The notes below the pieces were generated by a model, which saw only the letters and a list, made by a program, of their open reading frames with translations, was not told the DNA's origin and did no database searches. Positions 28,428-38,076 of a DNA stretch of 64,000 nt are shown one piece after another; position 1 is the first letter of the stretch; each line of letters starts with the position of its first letter. The stretch spans positions 5,324,699-5,388,698 of the forward strand of contig CM082581.2 of assembly GCA_040954595.2 (NCBI GenBank), given 5' to 3'. Origin of the DNA: Balanoglossus misakiensis (Eukaryota > Animalia > Hemichordata). The translations under genes and the position numbers were made by a program.

Positions 28428-29238
28428 CCGTCTGAATGGAATCTTTGAAACAGGGGGCAGTTATATTCAGAGAAATAGAGCGGCGAAACAAAACGATGTG
28501 TTTATGCCATAAACGCTGAAGTCAAAACACACACGGCGAAAGCGTTTCCATCAACGCGAACGCCGCGGCAGAATGTGCGCAATTTTAACGGGCCGGTTCG
28601 CCCACGGATAGACTGAATATTTCATAGACGGGGCCACTGCTCTGCGTTGATAATAAGCAGGTCGCGCGGACACTCGACGATGATGACTCGCGGATGTTTT
28701 ATCGAAGTGGATCGCTGGTAATTATGCGTTCCTGCGCCGTAACTACTTTTAGCGACGGTTAGTTCCGCCAGGCTGAGCAAAAGCTGCGACAACTCATGAT
28801 CTCGGCGGCGACTTTATAATACTAATGTGGAGACTGTGGCACACCGATTGTTTTGATCTGGGAATTCCAATCCGCAAGCGCGAATATCAACCGCTTCTGC
28901 ACTTCTTGCAGCGTGAGTCTCTAGTTCGGTATCGCCTACCTCGGCGGTGCATCTAGCACAAGTACATGTAGGTGTAATGCAATTTGTGTACGTGACGCAA
29001 TACTACATTTCATAATAGGACAACAATAGTTGAATGAAGTCATACTCAGCTTGATCAAGTCTCATTCAGTAATCATCGCTGGACGAGGATTCAGCTGTGT
29101 GATAAAACATACCCCTCAAGGAACTGCATGCCATTGTATTGTACAGGAACAAAACCATCTTCCTAATTAGGGCGCATTGGGATTTTGTTACCTACAGCAG
29201 ATACTGCAGTCCCGCTATGCAAATGTTGGAAACCTTAA

Positions 29239-29434
29239 AGGGAAGCGGTCGTCTCACGCCGCGTTTGTTCGTTTGTAAACTTGACAATTCATCAACAACG
29301 TAGCATAGACTGGGCATGACAGCAACTGACGATCCTAGTAGGATGTGGCGACTGCAGTGAGTTTTGTGCTGGTAGTATAGGAGGACGTATTCTCATCAAG
29401 GGGGACACCCACGCGGCGCGACGACCCCTTCCCT
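29239..29434. mobile_element. Kolobok-like MITE
   Basis: 15-bp TIRs AGGGAAGCGGTCGTC / GACGACCCCTTCCCT (14/15). TTAA duplication at 29235-29238 and 29435-29438. AG...CT termini. Confidence 0.8.
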
Positions 29435-32400
29435 TTAAAACAGCAGTATCATTACAGTCTGTTTAGGAAATCCCATTTTAGACTCGACAACACGATTTCC
29501 TTTTCACGGGCGATTCCATGTCTTGCGTCAGACAATTTCCGCAGCTCACAAATAATCCCTGACTGGTTCTGAAAGGGGGATTATCATTCCTCTGGGGGAC
29601 CGTTACTTAAAGATACAAGGGGCATTTTTATTAGTCTTAAGTCTTTGGCGCTCTAAGAAATAAATTAACGCTGTACTCAGTTATTAGTGGTCGGAGTCAT
29701 TAAAATTTAGAAAGCGAAAACTAATATTTGTAATTAATACCATGCTAATTCCATTGAAATGCTGGAGAACTGATTTATTTAAATTCTTCGGGTCTCGTAA
29801 TTTTTTGCTCATTTTGGAAACCCAATGTACATTGTATATCATCTCTCTTGAAGCACGGTCTATGGAAGCATGGTCTACTTGACATATGAGGCAGACGATT
29901 AACTTTTATTTTGACGTTATAGTGTAATTATCTGGTGAAGAAATGTGTGAGCGTGTACTAATCGATTGTAGGTAACCTCGGAATGTTCTATGACTTCTGG
30001 GTAATTTCGTGTTCTTTTGCCACAAAGGAATGCCCCGGATTAGGCCGGCCGTTTTGCATAATCGAGTTGTGCAATATATATCGCCCGAGTAGAGATGTTT
30101 AACTTAATAAATTAGATAAATTAATAAGCAAAGTAGAAATGAGGCCGTTCACATCCCAGAGTGCCGATGTATGATGGTTAGATGTCTGCAAAAAATTCGA
30201 ACGCCTCCCACGCGACTTACGGGGGGAAAAGTTTGGCGGTAGAAACATGACTACCTACAAACGCACTGAAAACATCAGCAAATAGGTTCAAGTTACTGTA
30301 ATTGGGACATCGCTGCTTAAGTTGAAAAAAAGAAACTGGCGTGTGCCGTCGGGAACAGCAAAATAAAAAATTGCGGACTCGCTCTCATAATCATAAAACA
30401 ATCCTCAAAGGATGTATACTTTATCCCACACATATGATAAATGGCTGTGAATTTTCAACAATGCTTTGAAAACGATAAACTATAGGCTTAGGCAGTACTT
30501 AGCGTGAGACGTTTCCAGGGACACACATTAGAGAACTTAATAACTGACAATGTGCTTGATGAGAAATATGTCGGCGTGACTTCATGTTTCTTTCCTCTGT
30601 TCTACTGCAACCGAGTTTTAAAATCACGTGGGTCATTCGATGTCGATTTCACAGATTTGACAAGAATCCATATTGATGGTTACGTCAGTGCGTAAATCAT
30701 TCATAGCTAAGAATCATATCAGGTAATATGATAAATTCTTCAACCTCTCCCCAGGGTCGATATTGTATCAGTCGTTCGACAGACCTCCTGGTAGTTGCTT
30801 GGGTTTACTTCAGTATCAACAATGTAGCCTTACCTCTCAGCAATTTACATGTACTTCACAGTTACTGGGGTAGCTCAATCTATATGTGTGAAATTTTAAT
30901 TATATTTTGTCAAAAAGCTGCATATCATTATCGACCAATCTACGGTGCAATATTTATATTAGAGCGAATAATATCATCACGGGATACATTTTGTTGTGTA
31001 CGGAAGACCCACGCTGCCGCAACGGAAATCATAGAAATGAATAAAAGGCAACGTCGCTTGAACTTATATTACTTAATATCATTTAGTAACTAATTTTAAT
31101 TGATCAGAGCCAGAAGGCATGGATCAATTCATCTCTTTTCACTACATTTGAATAATACATTTATATAATGGAACACCAGTAGACAGGAAGGTTTTCCAGA
31201 CGACCAGACAGACAGACAGCCAGAAGACTCGCGCCATTTTGTAGAATTTAAATATCAAAGGGCGGAAGATTTTATTGTTTGGGGGCTTTTCGCATTTTGA
31301 TCACGAAATATAATTTCATGGTGGCTTCACCGCACAGTCTGCATGCATTGATTGATACGACGATAGACGTCCTTACATTATATCAACACGTCAGGGTTTG
31401 GACTTCAATATCCGATAAGACAGAGACGAGGTTTCTGTCATGGCGGCCTCTGAGACATGCTTATCGTCTGGCCGTACCACGAAGGTGCTGGTTTATTAGT
31501 CATGCCCAGAGAACAACAAAATACCATCGGTTGCTCAAATCCGTTGGTGTAATTAAAATATGCCGAGTGCTACAGTGTCGTCAGCGAAACCAAACGACTA
31601 CATTCATTTTTGCACCAGAACCAAAAAACTCCCAGAAAACATCACAACCGAAACAGTAAAATATAGTAATCTCATGGCTGAACGCTATAAAACTAAATGT
31701 CACTACCTTACTGTCATGTACACAACTAACGACTCTATTTTATGTTTGCATGCTCCACAAAACTATATTTCCTTTGATTTTCATCAATCTTATATATCGG
31801 CCCAGATTGAACATTACATGTATATTCCTCATTTAATGAATATTTTCAGTTCGATTTTTATTACTTGTTTTATACTGATTTCAAGCAGATAAATTCAAAA
31901 ATTTAAAGAAATCTGTGACGTTTGAGATTACACTTTATTTCCGCATATCGCCGTAATATTTCTACTTATCGACGACAGAATTTGACTGTAGGTAAATTTT
32001 GATCACATTCCTTTGCGATTCTTCAATCACCCGTGTTGTTTATAGTGAGAAGTAAAATGCTCTAAAATGTGATATGTGTACGACCAAAAGACATACACAC
32101 AACTTTAGGCTAGAAAGCCAAGCCAGCTTCTTGAATTACAGATTGGAAACCGTTATCTTATCGGTTTACGCACAACTGGCCACACTTGTCTGTCTTGTCT
32201 GTACAATGTAGTTAGAACAACTGCATTATGCAGTCTGATGCGCGGCAGCTGGATATAAATACGACAGAAAGTTGTGAAGTGTAATCAGGATTAAAAATTG
32301 TAATCGATGTTACACCCAGGAAAACCGCCGTACCTGTAGTGTAGGCAGTCGGAAGCCACGCGTCAATCAATTCCGTCTGTATTTATCACACAGCCATAAT

Positions 32401-32439
32401 ACATTTCATCACATCCGATGGGCGAAACATTATTTCACA

Positions 32440-32656
<217 letters not shown>

Positions 32657-33247
32657 AGTTGTCTTTGGCGCCCACCCATTTGCTTGAGTTAGATGACGTA
32701 CATGTAACCCATGATTTTTAAAATTTAGTAATTCAAATAACAACCCTATTTATTGTATGCATTAAAATTTAAATTTACATGTGGCAATATGAATTCATGT
32801 GAACACACCGTCAAAAGCCAATTTGTCGATTTTAAAACACTTTCACGATAGCTTTGTCATTAGAATGTCTCATTTGTCGGTCCATTTCACGGATGAATGG
32901 GCGGGAAAATGATATATGAAATCGAATGACATCATAATGAAGTGAACGGGGGGACGCAGACGACTCATTTATGCAAAGCAGGTAAAGGCACTGTGAACCG
33001 TATCACCAAGGACGGTATGACGCTCCCTATCGTAAATCGTGATTTCATTCAAGTTGACAGGAATATGAACTGTTCTGTCACGACGTATCTTGTCAGAGAC
33101 AGACACTGTACACTCACAACTGGGGATTATGCGACAGCGCGTAATAACTATTAGCGATAATAGGCCTATATTCGGAACACTCTTTCGTAATTCTCCTCGC
33201 AGACGAGTGTCACATGTAACAGCTGCGCGCTGATAGCGAGAACAAAA

Positions 33248-33414
33248 ATGTTATTTCTCAAGGTACAACGTATAGGGAGAAATAAATGTTTTGTTGTTTC
33301 GTGAGGGCGCTGTTTATGGGAGTATGAATATTAAGTAGGTGGGGTTAATCAGGTCAGTCTACGCGCTACCACCGGCCATCAAGTACTAGTCGCCTTGTGA
33401 TCCGTTAAAATTTT
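33248..33414 (+). repeat. Split direct repeat A1
   Basis: Identical to 37653-37819 by eye. Confidence 0.95.
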
Positions 33415-33446
33415 CGCTCGTCGGTTGCCCCTCGTTCTCCTACGAA

Positions 33447-34160
33447 ATGTCAGCAGCTGATGGTAATCCCAACAACGATCCTGCCATAGACATTCAGAGG
33501 ATCATACAGGCGAACAACAACCAGTTGTTAGTATCCATCAATCAGCTAGTGACGGATAAAATGACTACGATGAAACATGACTTACAGTCCACTCAAGAAG
33601 TAGTAAATCGAGAGCAGATGGCGGAGATAAAGAAGATCAAATTTGCGGAAGTTCCACGCTTCAAAAGAAAAGCCAACGAGGATCAATACAAGCACAACTG
33701 TAAGGTGTTGGACACGTTGGACGATAGCAAAACCAGTATGGAGTTGAAGAATTTCGAAGATGCCAAGCTGAAACTCGCTAAAGGTATTGACATGGTCAAC
33801 CAAAGACAAAAACTTATATTGCTAGCAGATAGTTCTGACTTCGGTTGGGGAACAGCACTGGAATACCAGTCCCATGAGCTAGCAGAGGATAGTGATGACG
33901 AAAAAAGAATATGGAAGGCAGAAATGAGAGCGAGTCGAAAACTCAAAGAGAAGAAAAACAAGAAACCCCGCTTTTCGCAGAAGTCGGATTCTTTCAGCCA
34001 ACAGACTGAACCAGCTACGAAACGGAACTCATTTGGAACGAGTCAGAGGCCCGGGGTATGTTTCGCCTGCGGGAAGGCGGGACACTACAGGTCGGAATGT
34101 AGAGCGATGGTGGCGAGCACTACTGGTGGTGGTAATGGTAGTGGCGGCGGGAAGCCCTGA
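33447..34160 (+). CDS. gag: Gag-like protein with CCHC zinc knuckle
   Basis: 237-aa ORF. Coiled-coil N-terminus, RQKLILLADSSDFGW..ALEY...ELAEDSDDEKRI motif of DIRS/PAT gags, CFACGKAGHYRSEC knuckle, Gly-rich tail. Confidence 0.9.
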   Translation: MSAADGNPNNDPAIDIQRIIQANNNQLLVSINQLVTDKMTTMKHDLQSTQEVVNREQMAEIKKIKFAEVPRFKRKANEDQYKHNCKVLDTLDDSKTSMELKNFEDAKLKLAKGIDMVNQRQKLILLADSSDFGWGTALEYQSHELAEDSDDEKRIWKAEMRASRKLKEKKNKKPRFSQKSDSFSQQTEPATKRNSFGTSQRPGVCFACGKAGHYRSECRAMVASTTGGGNGSGGGKP

Positions 34161-34169
34161 CTATATGGA

Positions 34170-36332
34170 ATGACAGAAGAATTGTCAACACAGTTAAGTA
34201 CTGATATCCCATTTTCAGAAACTAGCGATGATGATGTAAGCAGGTTTAGCGATGGGGATTTTGATTCCTTGATGAGGGATGAACATGAGTTCATTCATGT
34301 TTCATTGGTGGATTTTACCACTGTTTCACCCGGTTCTTTAGTTTTTGGTAGCCCGCCAAAATCAGTGAAAGTTCGGGGTTCTCTGCTGAAAAATCTTGCG
34401 TTTTGGCGCCAACACGCACCGCCGTCTATTGTTAGTGTGGTCCAGTTTGGCTACAAATTGCCACTTTTGTCTTTTCCCGCGCCCATGTTTTCTCAGAACA
34501 ATCGTTCTGCGCTGGTGCATCGTGATTTCGTGGAATTTTCCATTCTCGATTTTTTAGATACGGGGGCTATCGAAGAAGTGCCTTCACAGCCATATGTTTG
34601 CAATCCCATCTCAGTTTCAGTCAGTAGGGAGGGAAAGAAAAGGTTTATTTTGGATCTAAGGAGAGTTAATCTCTTTTTGTACAAGAACAAGTTTAAGTGT
34701 GAAGACCTCAGGGTGGCCAAGGAATTTCTTGGTTCAGGTAAATTCTTGTTCAAGTTCGATCTCAAGTCAGGATATCATCATGTCGAAATTTTCCCGGAGC
34801 ACCGTAAGTTTCTTGGTTTCGCCTGGGATTTTGATGAAGGCAGAAGATATTTCAAATTCTGTGTTTTGCCTTTCGGCCTAGCTACAGGCCCGTATATTTT
34901 TACCAAGTTACTTCGTCCAATTGTCAGGAAGTGGAGAGGAGAAGGTAAGTCAGTAGTGGTCTTTATTGATGATGGGCTGGGGGCCGCTGGTCCCTTTGAA
35001 AAAGCCTTAAAGGAAGCGGAACAGGTGAGATCAGATCTGGCAAAATTTGGCTTTATTACAAGTGAGCACAAATGCATATGGTTTCCTGTGCAAGTTTTGA
35101 CATGGCTAGGCAATGTCATAAACATGGTAGAAGGTAAGTTGTTCATAACGATCGATAGAATCAGTAGATTGCTGAATTCAATTCAGAATTTGCTAGAGTT
35201 TACTAGATGCAATGCTTCAGTTCCTGTACGTAGACTAGCCCATGTGGTAGGGCAGATCATTTCCATGAGGTCAGGTGTAGGTAATATCACATTGCTTATG
35301 ACACGACATCTGTATTTTGTGATCTGCAACAGACAATCCTGGAACAGTTTTGTTGGGTTGACAAAGCCTGCCATTAATGAACTAGAATTTTGGCAGGCAA
35401 ATCTAGGTAAGTTAAATGGCATGCCACTTTGGAATTGTTCCAAAGCAGAATCGGTCATATACTCGGACGCATCGCAAAATGCATATGGAGGTTATATTGT
35501 TGAACACAGTAATGTGGTAGCTCACGGTAACTGGAGCACATATGAGTCGGAACAGAGTTCCACCTGGCGAGAATTACAAGCAGTGTATAAAGTGCTGTTA
35601 TCTATAGCCAGTTTTGTTGCGGGACGGCACGTCAAGTGGTTTACTGATAACCAAAACGTAGTGACAATTGTCAATAAGGGCAGTATGAAACCTGAGTTAC
35701 AGAAGATAGCTCTGGCAATTTTTGCAGTTTGCATGCAGTTTGGGATTTCAATCGAGCCAGAGTGGGTGCCTAGATCAGCCAATGAGCGTGCAGATTACAT
35801 AAGCAAGCTTGTGGATACAGACGATTGGTCAGTAAACTTGCGTTATTTTAAACTGTTGAGCAAGCATTGGGGACCGTTCCGGGTAGATAGATTTGCATCA
35901 TCATACAATGCTAAGTGCGTGATCTTCAATTCCCGGTTTTGGTGTCCTAATACAGCAGCAATGGATGCTTTTACACAAGATTGGGGGTCAGAGGTCAACT
36001 GGTTGGTACCACCTACATATCTAATAGGCAGGACATTAAGGCACCTCCAATTCTGCAAGGGAAAGGGAGCTTTGGTAATCCCGCTGTGGAGATCGGCCTA
36101 TTTTTGGCCTTTGATTTGCCCTGATGGGGTGCATTTAGCTCCGTTCATACATGATTGGTTAGAATTACCAAGCAATGATCCATTACTTTTCCTGCCAGGT
36201 AAGGGCAGAAATTCAGTCTTCGGTGGAAGACCACTCAGTTTTAGAGTACTTGCATTGTGGATAGATTTCAGCATTCCATGTCGAATGTTCAATAAGGAAT
36301 TTTCCACAGTTTACATGGGCAAGATGTGTTGA
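34170..36332 (+). CDS. pol: Reverse transcriptase - RNase H - adenine-methyltransferase-like polyprotein
   Basis: 720-aa ORF. RT motifs FKFDLKSGYHH, LPFGL, FIDDG, WLG. RNase H motifs YSDAS, RELQAV, FTDNQ, NERAD. MT-like VDRFAS...DAFTQDW...NWLVPP...IPLWRSAYFWP. Confidence 0.95.
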   Translation: MTEELSTQLSTDIPFSETSDDDVSRFSDGDFDSLMRDEHEFIHVSLVDFTTVSPGSLVFGSPPKSVKVRGSLLKNLAFWRQHAPPSIVSVVQFGYKLPLLSFPAPMFSQNNRSALVHRDFVEFSILDFLDTGAIEEVPSQPYVCNPISVSVSREGKKRFILDLRRVNLFLYKNKFKCEDLRVAKEFLGSGKFLFKFDLKSGYHHVEIFPEHRKFLGFAWDFDEGRRYFKFCVLPFGLATGPYIFTKLLRPIVRKWRGEGKSVVVFIDDGLGAAGPFEKALKEAEQVRSDLAKFGFITSEHKCIWFPVQVLTWLGNVINMVEGKLFITIDRISRLLNSIQNLLEFTRCNASVPVRRLAHVVGQIISMRSGVGNITLLMTRHLYFVICNRQSWNSFVGLTKPAINELEFWQANLGKLNGMPLWNCSKAESVIYSDASQNAYGGYIVEHSNVVAHGNWSTYESEQSSTWRELQAVYKVLLSIASFVAGRHVKWFTDNQNVVTIVNKGSMKPELQKIALAIFAVCMQFGISIEPEWVPRSANERADYISKLVDTDDWSVNLRYFKLLSKHWGPFRVDRFASSYNAKCVIFNSRFWCPNTAAMDAFTQDWGSEVNWLVPPTYLIGRTLRHLQFCKGKGALVIPLWRSAYFWPLICPDGVHLAPFIHDWLELPSNDPLLFLPGKGRNSVFGGRPLSFRVLALWIDFSIPCRMFNKEFSTVYMGKMC

Positions 36333-36440
36333 CTGTTCCCCATAGTGGGAGGCTCTAGTGACCAGTCTAAGAAAGGGTCCATAGAAGCCTGATACTTCTG
36401 CTTGCCATCCGATGGGAACTATGGCGTTAAGTTGTAAGAA

Positions 36441-37490
36441 TTGATCACTCAAAATTTTATTTTTGCAGAAGCGGATGTGTTTGACCATGGAATATGGAAA
36501 GAATTTAGTAATCTGGAAGATCCAGAGCTGCAACAACTGGTGAAGCACCTCCCAAGTATTGCCATGGCTTCACGAGCAGACTCTACTGTCAAGTTGTATA
36601 CAAACGCTTTCCAGAAATGGGCCACCTTTGCGGTCAAACATTCTTTTCCAGTTGTTCCTGCAGAAGCCTCACATGTTGCTTTGTATTTGAGTGGGCTTAT
36701 TCAGAATTCGATTCAGGGAGGGAATACTAGACATTCAGTGGAAACTGCTGTTTACAGTATTCAGTGGGTACATCATACATCAGGTTTAACTTCTCCCACG
36801 CAGCATCCATTCGTTAAGAATTTAGTGGAATCAGCTAAGCGGTTGCTTGGGAGACCTGTGAGCAAAAAAGAAGCAGTCACTCCAGAAATCCTCACAAATG
36901 TAGTGGAATTCTTCAAAGATTCCCATTCTCTGCGTGATATAAGAGACATCTGTCTTATTCTTGTTGCATTTGCTGGTTTTCTTAGATTTAGTGATGTTAT
37001 TAACATTAAGAGATCTCACATTGCGTTTTCTTCTTCACATGTTTCGATTGTCATTGACAAAAGCAAGAATGACCAATACAAGCAGGGCAATATTGTTCAC
37101 ATTGCCAAAACAGGTAAACTCACCTGTCCTGTTACATATCTTGAGAGGTATTTGAGTGTTTCTGGCATTCCAGCAGATTCTTCCTGTTACATTTTTCGGC
37201 CTTTGTTTGCTTCCAAAGGCATCGTTTCATTGGTACATACTAACAAACATCTTAGTTATACCAGGGTAAGAGAGTTGGTGCATGAAAAACTAAAAGTGGC
37301 AGTTTCAGATGTCCACGCTTTTGGCACACACTCTCTGCGTATTGGAGGGGCGACCACAGCAGCAAAAGCTGGGGTACCTTCTCATAGGTTAATGAGACAC
37401 GGTAGATGGCGTTCAGTAACAGCCAAAGACGGCTACATTCAAGAGAGCATTTCTGAGGCTCTTTCGGTTTCTAAAACGTTGGGAGTTTAG
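36441..37490 (+). CDS. Tyrosine recombinase (integrase); true start uncertain, probably spliced at 36469
   Basis: 349-codon ORF with catalytic R (FLRFSD), K (KSKND), HSLR, HGRW and Y (GYIQ), plus an N-terminal core-binding region. The ORF starts at TTG, not ATG. Confidence 0.93.
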   Translation: MITQNFIFAEADVFDHGIWKEFSNLEDPELQQLVKHLPSIAMASRADSTVKLYTNAFQKWATFAVKHSFPVVPAEASHVALYLSGLIQNSIQGGNTRHSVETAVYSIQWVHHTSGLTSPTQHPFVKNLVESAKRLLGRPVSKKEAVTPEILTNVVEFFKDSHSLRDIRDICLILVAFAGFLRFSDVINIKRSHIAFSSSHVSIVIDKSKNDQYKQGNIVHIAKTGKLTCPVTYLERYLSVSGIPADSSCYIFRPLFASKGIVSLVHTNKHLSYTRVRELVHEKLKVAVSDVHAFGTHSLRIGGATTAAKAGVPSHRLMRHGRWRSVTAKDGYIQESISEALSVSKTLGV

Positions 37491-37552
37491 TTTTAAAGGG
37501 TTGTCATTTTTTAGAGTTTGCCTTCACTTTCTTCCCCCTTCTGTGTGCAAGT

Positions 37553-37652
37553 CTATTGTTGTAATAAAGTTGCGGTGGTAGCGTAGCCACACACAGTAAA
37601 ACTTGTGGTATGGCCTGAGTATTGTGTATTAGCCCAGGAGAAGAGACAAAAC
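37553..37652 (+). repeat. Split direct repeat B1 (contains AATAAA at 37563-37568)
   Basis: Identical to 37977-38076. Confidence 0.95.
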
Positions 37653-37819
37653 ATGTTATTTCTCAAGGTACAACGTATAGGGAGAAATAAATGTTTTGTT
37701 GTTTCGTGAGGGCGCTGTTTATGGGAGTATGAATATTAAGTAGGTGGGGTTAATCAGGTCAGTCTACGCGCTACCACCGGCCATCAAGTACTAGTCGCCT
37801 TGTGATCCGTTAAAATTTT
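37653..37819 (+). repeat. Split direct repeat A2, followed by a T-tract
   Basis: Identical to A1; abuts B1. Confidence 0.95.
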
Positions 37820-37976
37820 TTTTTTTTTTTTTTCTTTTCTTTTCTGTTTTGGTTCAGGGACCCAACGCTTTTTCAGAGGAATTTTCCCTATAAAAGGGTT
37901 TTATAAGCTCTGTTTTTTAGGGCGGGGTCTAGGCGTATTTTCTGAGCTGCCATGTAAGAGTTCATTTGTTGTATCA

Positions 37977-38076
37977 CTATTGTTGTAATAAAGTTGCGGT
38001 GGTAGCGTAGCCACACACAGTAAAACTTGTGGTATGGCCTGAGTATTGTGTATTAGCCCAGGAGAAGAGACAAAAC
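37977..38076 (+). repeat. Split direct repeat B2 (right terminus)
   Basis: Identical to B1. Confidence 0.95.

Larger units (their letters stand above)
33248..38076 (+). mobile_element. Full-length tyrosine-recombinase retrotransposon (DIRS order, PAT-like, split direct repeats)
   Basis: A1 - gag - RT/RH/MT - YR - B1 - A2 - 157-bp spacer - B2. A copies identical (167 bp), B copies identical (100 bp), no TSD. Split repeats plus an MT-like domain and an xxDDG RT motif favour PAT-like over Ngaro or DIRS1. Confidence 0.95.

Noticed and set aside
33582-37155. Short antisense and alternate-frame ORFs inside the element
   Set aside because: Shadows of the three real ORFs; no motifs.
34170-37490. 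Prokaryotic reading (retron/DGR RT, phage integrase, Dam methylase)
   Set aside because: CCHC gag, RNase H, split direct repeats and the eukaryotic context identify a DIRS-order retrotransposon.
33248-38076. Classification as LTR, DIRS1 or Ngaro element
   Set aside because: No protease, DDE integrase or TSD; no inverted terminal repeats; an MT-like domain is present, which Ngaro elements typically lack. Phylogeny is still needed.
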